Below are positions 10,478 to 20,627 of a stretch of DNA of 64,000 nt, piece after piece. The stretch covers positions 32,001 through 96,000 of the forward strand of contig CAVQFQ010000006.1 of NCBI GenBank assembly GCA_963711835.1, given 5' to 3'. The translations under genes and the position numbers were made by a program. The DNA comes from an uncultured delta proteobacterium. GTDB taxonomy: Bacteria; Desulfobacterota; RBG-13-43-22. Numbering within the stretch: the stretch's first letter is position 1; every line of letters starts with the position of its first letter. The notes beneath the pieces were generated by a model that worked only from the letters and a program-made list of their open reading frames with translations, did no database searches and was not told where the DNA came from.

Positions 10478-10927
10478 GTGCCTTCGGATCCTAAAGGCAG
10501 CGGTCCGGACCCCCTTTGGCTGGTTTATAGCGATGGGGCCTCCAAAGGAAATCCGGGAGCGGCCGGGGCCGGATGGATTATCCGTCGGGCCGATCATTCC
10601 CGGGAGGTTAAAAATTATCGCTTCCTGGGCCAGGCCACTAATAATGAGGCCGAATACCAGGCCTTAATGCTGGCCTTGCAGGAAGCCTTGTCTCTGGGGG
10701 CCAAGGCCGTTCGGATCTGCCTGGACTCGGAGTTGCTGGTCCGTCAGTTGAACGGGCTTTACAAAGTTCGAAGTCCGGCGCTGGGGATTTTTTTTCAGAG
10801 CACCCGAGAACTTTTGAGCCGATTTTCAAAGTATGCTATAATGCATATCCCCAGGGAAGAAAATCGGGAGGCGGATCGGATGGCCAACCGGGCCATCCGA
10901 GAATGGAAAGGGGCACCTGGGGCCTGA
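10478..10927 (+). CDS. rnhA: Ribonuclease HI family
   Basis: DGASKGNPG, TNNEAEY, DSELLVRQ, PREENREAD. Confidence 0.92.
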   Translation: MPSDPKGSGPDPLWLVYSDGASKGNPGAAGAGWIIRRADHSREVKNYRFLGQATNNEAEYQALMLALQEALSLGAKAVRICLDSELLVRQLNGLYKVRSPALGIFFQSTRELLSRFSKYAIMHIPREENREADRMANRAIREWKGAPGA

Positions 10928-10947
10928 TCTTGGGCAAAACTTTTTTT

Positions 10948-11324
10948 AGTGGAAGTGGATTTAATGATCGCTCGTCACGCCCTTGGCGTGACGGGAGGAA
11001 AGTCCGAGCTCCGCAGGGCAGGATGCTGGGTAACACCCAGTCTCGGTGACGAGAAGGAAAGTGCCACAGAAAAGATACCGCCCCGCCGCAGGCGGGGTAA
11101 GGGTGAAAAGGCGGGGTAAGAGCCCACCGGTATCCCGGGTGACCGGGATAGCTTGGTAAACCCCATCCGGAGCAAGACCAAATAGGAGGGTGTAACGGGT
11201 AGCCCGCCCAAGGCCCTCGGGTTGGTCGCTTGAGGTCGGGAGTAATCCCGATCCTTAGATGAATGATCATTGTTCCCCGCCCTATACGGGGAAAACAGAA
11301 CTCGGCTTATAATCCACTTCCACT
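10948..11324 (+). ncRNA. rnpB: RNase P RNA (type A)
   Basis: GAGGAAAGTCCGAGCTC, GAAAGTGCCACAGAAA, GGTAAACCCC, ACAGAACTCGGCTTA; P1 pairs AGTGGAAGTGGATT with AATCCACTTCCACT. Confidence 0.97.
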
Positions 11325-11385
11325 GTTTTTACCCCCGGCCCCAAAAAATCAGATGATTATTTCTATGGAGTGAGCAGAGTTTCAG

Positions 11386-12081
11386 TTGAAAACGATTGCC
11401 TTAATCACCGCAGCAGGTAAGGGTCAACGGATGGAGTCCGAGACCCCCAAACAATATCTGCCGCTGTCCGGCCGGCCGGTTCTGGCCCAAACCGTCCAGG
11501 TTTTTGAGGATTGCCCTTCAGTAGACGCCATCTATTTAATTGTTCCGGCTGATCAAATGGATTTGGTCCGGAAAAAGGTGGTGGAAAAGTACCAGTTTAG
11601 AAAAGTTCTGAAAGTGGTCCGCGGCGGAAAGATGCGTCAACAGTCGGTCTGGAACGGCCTGCGGGCCATTCGATCGGACTGCGCCATCGTAGTCGTCCAT
11701 GACGGGGTTCGACCCCTGATCCGCCCCGAACTGATCGAGCAAAGTATCGAGGAAGCTCAAAAGAAAGGCGCCGCCCTGGTTGCGGTCCCGGCCAAAGACA
11801 CCGTCAAACGGGTCGTAAAGGGCAAGCGGATCCAGACCCTGCCCCGGGAAGAAATTTGGCTGGCTCAAACCCCGCAAACCTTTCAATTTTCCTTGCTCCA
11901 AAAGGCTTTTCAAAAAGCCCTCCAGGGGGGCCTGGCCGGCACCGACGAAGCCTTCCTGGTGGAGAAGATGGGGCATGCCGTAACTATCATTAAGGGCGAT
12001 TATTCGAATATCAAAATAACCACCCCGGAGGATCTCCTGCTGGCGGAGGCCCTTTTTCATCTGAAGAAAAGGAGCCGGTGA
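11386..12081 (+). CDS. ispD: MEP cytidylyltransferase
   Basis: AAGKGQRM...PKQY, VHDGVRP, QTPQTF, NIKITTPEDL. Confidence 0.96.
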   Translation: MKTIALITAAGKGQRMESETPKQYLPLSGRPVLAQTVQVFEDCPSVDAIYLIVPADQMDLVRKKVVEKYQFRKVLKVVRGGKMRQQSVWNGLRAIRSDCAIVVVHDGVRPLIRPELIEQSIEEAQKKGAALVAVPAKDTVKRVVKGKRIQTLPREEIWLAQTPQTFQFSLLQKAFQKALQGGLAGTDEAFLVEKMGHAVTIIKGDYSNIKITTPEDLLLAEALFHLKKRSR

Positions 12082-12566
12082 AGCCTTCCTATCGCATGGG
12101 AATGGGTTATGATGTCCATCGCCTGGTCTTGGGAAGATCCCTGGTCTTGGGTGGGGTGGAAATCCCCTTTCCCCAGGGATTGGCCGGTCACTCGGATGCC
12201 GATGTTTTATCCCATGCCATAGGCGATGCCCTTTTGGGAGCAGCGACCTTAGGCGATCTGGGACGGCACTTTCCCGATTCCGACCCCCGATTTAAAGATA
12301 TTTCCAGCCTGAGACTCCTGGCAGCGATCTGTTCCATGGTCCACCGGGAAGGCTATCACATTGCAAATGTGGATGCGACCCTGGTCGCCGAGCAGCCTAA
12401 ATTGGCGCCCTACCTGGGAGCCATACAAATTTCCCTGGCGGAGGTGTTACAGGTTTCTCCGGGACAGATCAGCATTAAGGCCACCACTACAGAAGGGTTG
12501 GGATTCGCCGGGCGCCGGGAAGGCCTGGCCGCCTATGCCGTAGCCTTATTGGAAAAACAGGATTAA
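12078..12566 (+). CDS. ispF: MECDP synthase
   Basis: GYDVH, GHSDADV, DALLGA, KATTTEGLGF. Confidence 0.97.
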   Translation: MKPSYRMGMGYDVHRLVLGRSLVLGGVEIPFPQGLAGHSDADVLSHAIGDALLGAATLGDLGRHFPDSDPRFKDISSLRLLAAICSMVHREGYHIANVDATLVAEQPKLAPYLGAIQISLAEVLQVSPGQISIKATTTEGLGFAGRREGLAAYAVALLEKQD

Positions 12567-12663
12567 CAAATCCATTTCCGGCATCACGATAAGGTACCGG
12601 GATGGTTTTTCCAAAAAGCCGGCGTGTTGCCAAATGTCACATGGACCGGAGAGTTGCCACCAG

Positions 12664-14142
12664 ATGCCTCTAAAGATCTTCAATTCTCAGGGCAAGCACA
12701 AGGAAGTTTTTGTACCCCTGAACCCTCCTCGGGTAGGACTCTATGTCTGCGGAGTGACGGTTTACGACAGTTGCCATATAGGCCATGCCCGCTCCATGAT
12801 CGTCTTTGATGTCCTGGTCCGGTTTCTTCGCCACAAGGGGTATCAGGTAACCTATGTCCGTAATTTTACCGATATTGACGACAAGATCATCGCCCGGGCT
12901 CAGAAGGAGGGGATGGAACCCCGAACCTTGGCCGAGAGCTATATTAAAGAATTCGGAGAAGACATGAAGGCCTTGGGAGTCCTTCCGCCGGATGTTGAAC
13001 CGCGGGCTACGGATCACATCCGGGACATCCTCATTCTTATCCGGAAACTGGTTGATCAAGGCGTCGCCTATGTTGTTGATGGCGATGTTTTTTTCGCCGT
13101 AGAAAAGTTTAATTCCTATGGGATCCTGTCCAACCGGAGCCTGGAAGAAATGCAGGCCGGGGCCCGGATTGAGGTGGATCCCCGTAAGCATCATCCCATG
13201 GACTTTGCCCTGTGGAAAAGAGGGAAACCCGGAGATCCGGTCTGGGAAAGCCCCTGGGGGCCCGGCCGGCCGGGATGGCATATCGAATGTTCGGCCATGA
13301 GTTCCCGCTATCTGGGTGAAACCTTTGATCTGCATGGGGGGGGTAAGGATCTGATTTTTCCCCATCATGAAAATGAGCTGGCCCAATCCATGGCCGTTTC
13401 AGGAAAACCTCTGGCTCGTTACTGGGTGCATAACGGCTTTGTCACCATCCAGGGGGAAAAGATGTCCAAGTCTTTGGGCAACTTTTTGACCATCCGGGAA
13501 ATGGTCCGCCGATTTCATCCCGAAGCGATTCGGTTGTTTTTGCTTTCCTGCCATTATCGCTCCCCTCTGGATTATACGGACCAGGCCATGCAGGATGCGC
13601 AGGGCGGTCTCCAGCGTCTTTATAGCCTGCTGCTGGACCTGCAAAATCCTAAAGCCCGGCCGCAATCCAAGGGCGGGGAGAAGGTAAGGCCCGAACAGGT
13701 CCAAGAAGCGGAAGAGGCGGTTAAGACTTTCAGGGAAAAATGTGAAGAGGCCTTGGAGGATGATTTTAATACCGCCCAGGCTATCGGGTATTTTTTTGAT
13801 CTGGCTAAGCAATTAAACCGGCTTATGGATAGGCTTAAGGCTCAAGAAATGGACCTCCTGGCCCATCCCTTTGAACTGGCCGTCCAGTCTCTTAGGCACT
13901 ATGGAGAGATCCTGGGTATTTTGACCCTTCCTCCGGAAAGCTATTTCAGCCGGGAGAAAGGAAGGCTCTTGGCCAAGAAGGGTTTGTCCCCGGAAAAGGT
14001 CGAGAACCTGATCCTTGAACGAAACCAGGCCCGACAGGAGAAGGATTGGTCCCGGGCTGATGCCCTCCGCGATCACCTTAAGGATATGGCCGTTATTTTG
14101 AAGGATACGCCCCAGGGGACCCTCTGGTGGGTGCAGGAATAG
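12664..14142 (+). CDS. cysS: Cysteinyl-tRNA synthetase (start 12664 or 12634)
   Basis: CGVTVYD..HIGH, PGWHIECSAM, FPHHENE, KMSKS. Confidence 0.97.
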   Translation: MPLKIFNSQGKHKEVFVPLNPPRVGLYVCGVTVYDSCHIGHARSMIVFDVLVRFLRHKGYQVTYVRNFTDIDDKIIARAQKEGMEPRTLAESYIKEFGEDMKALGVLPPDVEPRATDHIRDILILIRKLVDQGVAYVVDGDVFFAVEKFNSYGILSNRSLEEMQAGARIEVDPRKHHPMDFALWKRGKPGDPVWESPWGPGRPGWHIECSAMSSRYLGETFDLHGGGKDLIFPHHENELAQSMAVSGKPLARYWVHNGFVTIQGEKMSKSLGNFLTIREMVRRFHPEAIRLFLLSCHYRSPLDYTDQAMQDAQGGLQRLYSLLLDLQNPKARPQSKGGEKVRPEQVQEAEEAVKTFREKCEEALEDDFNTAQAIGYFFDLAKQLNRLMDRLKAQEMDLLAHPFELAVQSLRHYGEILGILTLPPESYFSREKGRLLAKKGLSPEKVENLILERNQARQEKDWSRADALRDHLKDMAVILKDTPQGTLWWVQE

Positions 14143-14312
14143 GTCGGCAGTCTGCTGTCAGCCGATCACTAAGAAAAATCCCCGTCCTTTTACTTACCTT
14201 CCTTTCTTAAAAAGGACATTTTAAGGGCACATTTATAGAAATCGGTTCTGAGTCCTTTTTTTGTATTCTAAAATAGATAATAATATTAAAATGTTATCTG
14301 TCGGAGAGTTAG

Positions 14313-14328
14313 TGGCGTAATACTTGCA
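14313..14328 (+). promoter_or_regulatory. Sigma54 (-24/-12) promoter
   Basis: TGGCGTAATACTTGCA (GG-N10-GC) in an AT-rich gap upstream of the diguanylate cyclase. Confidence 0.65.
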
Positions 14329-14474
14329 AACTTTATAGTCTTTTAAGGAGTTTTCCTAAAAAAATAATAGCCTTCCCCCCTGGTGCGGGATAGGGGGTAA
14401 GCCCCGTTGGGAATAGCTCCCTTGATGGTAATCCTAAAGAGGGAACAAGACCAGGCGGCCCGGTCCTTTACTCT

Positions 14475-16448
14475 ATGGCTAATAAAATCGGTCTGATTAT
14501 CTGCCAGAATTTTGAACTTGAGATGGAGGCCATCGTCCGGTCCGAAGGGTTCGAGGATGTGGAATGGACCACCTATTTTGCCCAGTGCGGTCAAAAGGGG
14601 CTGACCTGGGAGGCCTTTGAACAGATCATCGAGACCCGCCTAAACGATTGCCGGCACATTTCCATCATCGGCTGCCATTGCCTGGATAAGTTGCAGGCGC
14701 CCGGGCAGAGCCCCCGGAAAATCGGAATCCATAAAGTGGCCGAATGCTCTAACCTGCTCACCAACAAAGGCCTGGTGGACGGGTTGATCCACAAAGGGGC
14801 CTTTCTTTTAATCCCCGGTTGGTTGCGGCAGTGGAAATACCACCTGGGGATGTGGGGGTTAACTCCGCGGTCGTCCCGGCTCCTCTTTTCAGATACTCCG
14901 GCCGGCCTGCTTCTGCTGGACACCGGCCTGGATAAAAGAAGTCGCTCCCTCCTGAAAGAGGTGGCCGAGTATGTAAGCCTGCCCTGCCACAGCCTGCCGG
15001 TTGGATTGGATTTTTTCCGCCTCTTTTTAAGAGATATTGTCCTGGAAGGGCATCTTGAGAATAGTCGGATACCGACCGGGGAGGCCTTGTCCGGTCCCGA
15101 CCTCCCCTTGGCCGATTTTCATCTACTTTCGGATCTAATCGGCCAGTTAACCCGGGCCCAGTTGGAAACCGAGGCGATTGAAACCCTGCTTGATTTTTCC
15201 GCTCAACTTTTTGCCGCAGCCAAGCTGGTCTATCTATCGGTCTTTCAAGGTAGACCGAAAAAAATATTTTTCTGGCCCCCCACGTTGGAGTGCAATGAAA
15301 ATGGGGAAAGGGATCGCTTATTGACCTTAGGCCAGGAGTTTGTCTGGAGTGATTCGCAGAAAGGGTTTCGCCTGAGGGTCACCCACCAGGAGGAAACGCT
15401 GGGCATCCTGGAGGTGGAAGGGTTTGCCGATTCGGGCGGCCAAGAGTATGTCCTGAAATTCGCTCTAAACATGGCCAAATTTTTCGGCCTGGTCATCTCG
15501 AACCTGCGGACTCATCAATTGCTGCGCCGGGAGCGGGATGCCTCCCAGGAGTATCTGGATGTGGGTCGGGTGATTTTCGTCATTATCAATTCCGAGCAGA
15601 AGGTTATCCTGGTCAACAAAAAGGGCTGCGAGATCCTGGATTATACCGAGGAAGAGATTGTCGGCAAAAACTGGTTCGATTCCTTTGTTCCGGAAAGGAT
15701 CCGGAGGCAATTAAAAGAAAATTTTGCCAATTGGGTGGCCGGGGAAGTGGGGGCCTTGGAATATTACGAAACCCCGGTTTTGACTAAAAATGGGGCTGAG
15801 AAATTGATTGCCTGGAACAACACCATTCTGCAGGATGATGCGGGAAGGATTGTGGCTACCCTGTGTTCCGGAGAAGATATTACGGAACGAAAGCGGACCG
15901 AGGAAGAACTCCAGATCCTGTCCTTGGTGGATGATCTGACCGGGCTTTATAACCGGCGAGGCTTTATGACCCTGGCCGAGCAGCAGTTAAAGATTGCCGA
16001 TCGGATGCAGAAAAAGATGCTGCTGCTGTTTTTCGACCTGGATGATATGAAGAGTATTAATGATACCTACGGACACCTGGAGGGGGACCGGGCCTTGAAA
16101 GAGACGGCCGAGGTGCTCCGGGAAACCTTCCGGGAGTCGGATATTATCGGCCGGTTGGGGGGCGACGAGTTTTCCGTCCTGGCCCTCGAAAGCGATGAGG
16201 CGACCTCTGAAATCCTGACCAAACGATTGACCGGGATTGTGGAAAGGCATTACAAGGACAGAAACTCCCCCTATCGGTTATCGTTGAGTCTGGGGGTGGC
16301 CTATTACGACCCCTCCGACCCCTATGCCCTGGAAACCCTGATGGTGCAGGCCGATCATGCCATGTATGCCCAGAAGAAGGCAAAAAAATCAAAGCTCAAA
16401 GAAAAGCAACTGCATTTGGCTTTAAATAACGAGGAAGAAATAAATTAG
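14475..16448 (+). CDS. Diguanylate cyclase with a Cys-rich DUF1638-like N-terminus and a PAS domain
   Basis: DDLTGLYNRR, GGDEF with RESD I-site, PAS ending EDITERK; N-terminal FLLIPGWLRQW...LLLDTG. Confidence 0.88.
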   Translation: MANKIGLIICQNFELEMEAIVRSEGFEDVEWTTYFAQCGQKGLTWEAFEQIIETRLNDCRHISIIGCHCLDKLQAPGQSPRKIGIHKVAECSNLLTNKGLVDGLIHKGAFLLIPGWLRQWKYHLGMWGLTPRSSRLLFSDTPAGLLLLDTGLDKRSRSLLKEVAEYVSLPCHSLPVGLDFFRLFLRDIVLEGHLENSRIPTGEALSGPDLPLADFHLLSDLIGQLTRAQLETEAIETLLDFSAQLFAAAKLVYLSVFQGRPKKIFFWPPTLECNENGERDRLLTLGQEFVWSDSQKGFRLRVTHQEETLGILEVEGFADSGGQEYVLKFALNMAKFFGLVISNLRTHQLLRRERDASQEYLDVGRVIFVIINSEQKVILVNKKGCEILDYTEEEIVGKNWFDSFVPERIRRQLKENFANWVAGEVGALEYYETPVLTKNGAEKLIAWNNTILQDDAGRIVATLCSGEDITERKRTEEELQILSLVDDLTGLYNRRGFMTLAEQQLKIADRMQKKMLLLFFDLDDMKSINDTYGHLEGDRALKETAEVLRETFRESDIIGRLGGDEFSVLALESDEATSEILTKRLTGIVERHYKDRNSPYRLSLSLGVAYYDPSDPYALETLMVQADHAMYAQKKAKKSKLKEKQLHLALNNEEEIN

Positions 16449-16552
16449 CACTCATCCGAAAAAGTTCTTTTTCGGATGAGCACCATCAACCATCAGCATT
16501 CGGCTTTCAGGAAAAGCCTTAAAAAGACCCTGACTGCCGAGCGCTGACTGCT

Positions 16553-17746
16553 TTATAGGTCCTCAAAATCAAACCGGGCCAGCCTGTCCTTTAACGCCTT
16601 GACATTCCTTTTGTCTTCCAGGGCCTTTAAAATCTTTTTTCTCCCCTCCAGGGTTCCAAACAGCAGACAACCCACGATGGCGTCATCCCTGAGGACGATT
16701 TTCCGGTAGGTTCCGGCCGCCTCATTCTTTTCCACCAGGGCCTCGAGTTTTCCATCAGGATCGATATCCCCGGCCGCCAGAAGGTCGATACCGGCCACTT
16801 TCAGCTGATTGGAGAGTGTGGTCCCCGTATAAGCCATGGGCTTGCCGACCATGGCCAGACCGGCTATTTCGCCCTGTTTTTCGGCTGCCGGCCAGATCCC
16901 GTAGAGCATTCCCCGATGTTCCACCAGGTCCCCGGCAGCATAGATACCCGGGAGCTCTGTTTCCAGGTAATCGGAAACGAGGAGACCTTTCCCGATTTTT
17001 AAACCTAATTTTTGGGCCAGGTCCAGATTGGGTCTGACTCCGGCTGAGATGATAATAAGATCGGCCTTAACTTCCCGGCCATCCTCCAGGAGAAGCCCCT
17101 GGACCTGGTCCTCCCCTAAAATCTCTTTGGAAGTAACCCCCAGGTAAAAGGTTAAGCCCATCTGTTCCAGTCTCTTTTGCAGCAGATCGGCGCAGGCCGG
17201 GTCGGTTTGCCTGGGTAAGAGTCTGGGGAAAAATTCGGCAACCGCCACCTGAAGCCCGGTTTTACGGAGGCTGTTGGCCACTTCCAGTCCCAAAAGGCCT
17301 CCGCCGATCAGGAGGGTCTTTTGCTTGCCGGCGGCAAAGGCTTTTATTTGCTGGGCATCATGAATATTGCGCAGGGTAAAGACGCCCTTTTTATCGGCGC
17401 CTTTAATAGGGGGAACAAAAGAATTGGCCCCGACCGCCAGCAGGAGTTTATCAAAAACAAAAGGCTCTCCGGAATCCGTGGTCACTTCGTGTTTATCTTT
17501 ATCCACCGCAACCACTTTGGTATTAAGAAAAAGTTTAACCCGGTTTGTTTCATACCAGGAGCCGGGGTGAATTTGCAGTTTGGGAAGCTCCACGTCTCCG
17601 GCCAGGAATTCCATGAGGCGGATGCGGCTGTAAAAGGGGAGGGCCTCATCGCTGAACATGATGATCTCCCCTTGCGGGTCCTGCTTGCGAATGGTCAAGG
17701 CCGCCGTGGTTCCGGCCACCCCGTTCCCAACGATGAGATAGCGCAT
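16553..17746 (-). CDS. FAD-dependent NAD(P)H oxidoreductase (rubredoxin reductase / NirB N-terminal-like)
   Basis: IVGNGVAG, IGGGLLGLE, IYAAGD, LKVAGIDL. Confidence 0.88.
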   Translation of the reverse strand: MRYLIVGNGVAGTTAALTIRKQDPQGEIIMFSDEALPFYSRIRLMEFLAGDVELPKLQIHPGSWYETNRVKLFLNTKVVAVDKDKHEVTTDSGEPFVFDKLLLAVGANSFVPPIKGADKKGVFTLRNIHDAQQIKAFAAGKQKTLLIGGGLLGLEVANSLRKTGLQVAVAEFFPRLLPRQTDPACADLLQKRLEQMGLTFYLGVTSKEILGEDQVQGLLLEDGREVKADLIIISAGVRPNLDLAQKLGLKIGKGLLVSDYLETELPGIYAAGDLVEHRGMLYGIWPAAEKQGEIAGLAMVGKPMAYTGTTLSNQLKVAGIDLLAAGDIDPDGKLEALVEKNEAAGTYRKIVLRDDAIVGCLLFGTLEGRKKILKALEDKRNVKALKDRLARFDFEDL

Positions 17747-17943
17747 ATAAAGGTCCTCCTCTAAAGATAATGATTAAAAAAGATCGGACTTGTTTCAGTT
17801 GGTGAAGATCCCTGAAGCCCTTCGGTTTGAGATTCACGTAACTTTGGGACTATCTCAAATTTTTAGAGCGCCTTTTTGGGGAACCATTGTATAATAATTT
17901 CCATCATGGAGATACAAAAAAAAAGGTCTCTTCCTCTTCGGCC

Positions 17944-19575
17944 ATGAAACTGGTTCTCATCCAGCCGCCTATCCGGGACTTTTACGAGTCCTCCAGCCGC
18001 CTTCAGCCTATCGGGTTGGGCTATTTAAAGGCCGCCGTAAAGAAGCATCTCTCAGGGGTCGAGGTCCGCATTTTTGATTTCCATCAGGGTTGGGGACGAA
18101 GGACCACCCCGCTGCCCAATGAACTAAGCTATCTCCGGGACTATTACCCTTGGCCGGATCAGAGCCCTTTCGCTCTTTTTCATCAGTATTATCATTTTGG
18201 AGCTTCTTTCGAAAGAGTGGCCCGGGAAGTGGCCCGGGAAGAGCCCGACCTGGTGGGGATTTCTTCCCTCTTTTCTCCCTATTACCGTGAGGCCCTTCAG
18301 TGTGCCGACCTGATTAAGAAAGAGGTCGGATGCCCTATTGTGCTGGGGGGGTCTCATGTTTCTGCTGTGCCGGAACTTATGTTGAAGCAGCCCAGTGTGG
18401 ATTGGGTGATTCTGGGAGAAGGCGAAAGACCTCTGGTGGAGCTCCTTAAGGCCTGGAAAGAAGGCCGGACCCTGGAGGAAGTCCCCAACCTGGGATTTAA
18501 GAAAGAGGGCCGCCTGATTTTCAACCCGGTCGGGGAACCCTATGCCATCGATGAAATCCCTTTTCCCGATTTGTCCGATCTCGACGGCAGGAAGTATCTG
18601 TTTGAGAAGAAGCCGTTATGTTTTGTAATGACCTCCAGGGGATGCCCCCACCAGTGTAGTTTTTGTTCGATACACCGGACCTTCCCCGGCTATCGCCGAC
18701 GTTCGACGGATTCTGTTCTGGAGGAAATAATTCACCGGGTTGAGGAAGGATTTCGAATTTTTGACTTCGAAGATGATAACCTCACCTTCGACCAAAATGA
18801 GATGAAAATCCTGTGCCGTAAACTGGATCACATGTTTCCAAAAGGAACGATTCGGTTTTTGGCCATGAACGGCATCTCCTACCAAAGTCTGGATTTGGAA
18901 CTCCTGACGCTGATGAGGAAAGCAGGGTTTACCCACCTTAATATCGCCCTGGTGAGCGCCGATTCCTCCATAAGAAGAGGCTGCAACAGGTCCGGTGATT
19001 TGGGAAAATACCTTCGCGTTGTTCAGGAGGCGACCTCATTGGGATTTAAAATGGTCTCTTATCAAATCCTGGGGCTTCCGGGAGAAAGCCTGAAGGCCAT
19101 GATCAAGACCCTGGTATGGCAGACCCGGCTGCCGGTCTTGTTGGGGGCTTCGCCCTTTTATCTCTCTCCTGAGACCCCGATTGCCAAACAATTTCCGGAA
19201 ATGACCGATGAGGATTTACTTAAATCCCGGCTCACGGCCATGGCCGTTGAAACGGATCAGTTCGAGCGGGAGGATATTTACACCCTTTTTGTGACCATTC
19301 GAATCATCAATTTCCTGAAGGGGCTCTCTGTCCCAAAGGCTCGGATCACGCTTGAAGAAGCCCTGAGGAATGCTTATAAGAAAGGGAAACGGGCTGCCCA
19401 AGGAGCGGAACTCCTTAACCTTCTTCTATCCCAAGGCGTCCTGTATGCGGCGACTTCACAAGGGTTTAAACGGTTATCAAGATTTAAAGCGAAACTGTTT
19501 CAGGAGGTCTGGGGAAAGCTGGGGGTTATCCGGACCTTGGAGGGAAAGATCATACTAATACAAGGGCAAAACTAA
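17944..19575 (+). CDS. Cobalamin-binding radical SAM protein
   Basis: B12-binding domain (QPIGL, DLVGISS, GGSH, GEGE) then TSRGCPHQCSFC and FEDDNL; start at ATG 17944. Confidence 0.9.
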   Translation: MKLVLIQPPIRDFYESSSRLQPIGLGYLKAAVKKHLSGVEVRIFDFHQGWGRRTTPLPNELSYLRDYYPWPDQSPFALFHQYYHFGASFERVAREVAREEPDLVGISSLFSPYYREALQCADLIKKEVGCPIVLGGSHVSAVPELMLKQPSVDWVILGEGERPLVELLKAWKEGRTLEEVPNLGFKKEGRLIFNPVGEPYAIDEIPFPDLSDLDGRKYLFEKKPLCFVMTSRGCPHQCSFCSIHRTFPGYRRRSTDSVLEEIIHRVEEGFRIFDFEDDNLTFDQNEMKILCRKLDHMFPKGTIRFLAMNGISYQSLDLELLTLMRKAGFTHLNIALVSADSSIRRGCNRSGDLGKYLRVVQEATSLGFKMVSYQILGLPGESLKAMIKTLVWQTRLPVLLGASPFYLSPETPIAKQFPEMTDEDLLKSRLTAMAVETDQFEREDIYTLFVTIRIINFLKGLSVPKARITLEEALRNAYKKGKRAAQGAELLNLLLSQGVLYAATSQGFKRLSRFKAKLFQEVWGKLGVIRTLEGKIILIQGQN

Positions 19576-19604
19576 CCGAAGGGAATCAAAAAGGAGGCTT
19601 ATCA

Positions 19605-20369
19605 ATGAATACAACCTTCAGTTTAAGACGAACCGTAGGATTAGTTGTTCTGTTTAATTTGGTGTTGGCCGGGAACCTCATGGCCCAGGGACAGACCTTG
19701 AATATTTACGGTCCGGGCGGCCCCTTGGGACCGATGAAGGAAGCGGCTGAGATTTTTTCGAAATCTCAAGGGGTCCAGGTAGTAGTGACGGCCGGGCCTG
19801 AAGCTAACTGGATTGGTCAGGCCAGGCAGGATGCCGACCTAATTTTTGGCGGCGCGGAATATATGCTCTCCCAGACCATGCTCGCTAATCCGGGTTTGTT
19901 GGACGAAAAAACACGGGTGAGCCTTTATATCCGGGCGGCTGGTATGCTGGTCCGGAAGGGGAATCCCAAACAGATCAAATTCCTGGCGGATTTGACCAGG
20001 GAGGGGATCAGGATCATTGATGTCAATGGGGCCGGACAACTGGGCCTGTGGGAGGACTTGGCCGGAGTCAAAGGACTGATCCCCGGCATCCAGAAAAATA
20101 TCGCCCTGTCCGTGCCCAACAGCGCCATCGCCATAGAGAAATGGAAAACCATTCCGGAGATAGATGCCTGGATCACCTACGAATCGTGGCACTATCGCTT
20201 AAGGGACATAACGGACCTGGTTCAACTGCCTGAAAAGGAAAAGCTCTATCGGGGGACCCCTATTGCCATTACTACGGTTTCAAAAAATAAAGCCCTGGCC
20301 CGGCAATTTATTGATTTTCTAAAAACCGATCAGGCCCATCAGGTTTTTCAGAAATGGGGCTGGAAGTAG
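19605..20369 (+). CDS. Periplasmic anion-binding protein, AcfC/PEB3/Paa-like
   Basis: Signal peptide; YGPGGP, ADLIFGGAE, GAGQLGLWED, DAWIT..SW. Confidence 0.8.
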   Translation: MNTTFSLRRTVGLVVLFNLVLAGNLMAQGQTLNIYGPGGPLGPMKEAAEIFSKSQGVQVVVTAGPEANWIGQARQDADLIFGGAEYMLSQTMLANPGLLDEKTRVSLYIRAAGMLVRKGNPKQIKFLADLTREGIRIIDVNGAGQLGLWEDLAGVKGLIPGIQKNIALSVPNSAIAIEKWKTIPEIDAWITYESWHYRLRDITDLVQLPEKEKLYRGTPIAITTVSKNKALARQFIDFLKTDQAHQVFQKWGWK

Positions 20370-20476
20370 ACCCAGCGTAGTCAAAGAATACTGTTTTCAC
20401 CCTATTTATTTCGTTGAACTTTTCAGGTATTATGGTTGCGGATAATGTGACCGTAGAAGGGAGGTGAAAAAACAGG

Positions 20477-20599
20477 ATGAAAAGAAAAATGTCCCCTGAG
20501 TTGTTGGCTAAGGAGGCGGCCTACTGGGAAAAGATGAAAAAGGCAATGAAAGAAATTCCTGGTAAGGTATGCCACAAGTGAAAGGGCTGAAAATCCTAA
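20477..20599 (+). CDS. Putative 40-aa selenopeptide MKRKMSPELLAKEAAYWEKMKKAMKEIPGKVCHK-U-KG-U-KS
   Basis: GGAGGTG RBS 10 nt before ATG; TGA at 20579-81 and 20588-90 in CxxUxxU spacing; TAA at 20597-99; SECIS-like hairpin follows. Not in the ORF track. Confidence 0.7.
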
Positions 20600-20601
20600 A
20601 C

Positions 20602-20618
20602 GTTGCTGGGACAGCAAC
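20602..20618 (+). promoter_or_regulatory. Candidate bacterial SECIS hairpin
   Basis: GTTGCTG-GGA-CAGCAAC, starting 11 nt after the second UGA, G-led apical loop. Confidence 0.65.
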
Positions 20619-20627
20619 CAAACCATT

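Noticed and set aside
14340-14474. GC-rich leader of the diguanylate cyclase as a c-di-GMP riboswitch
   Set aside because: I could not find the conserved class I or class II motifs by eye; an Rfam scan would settle it.
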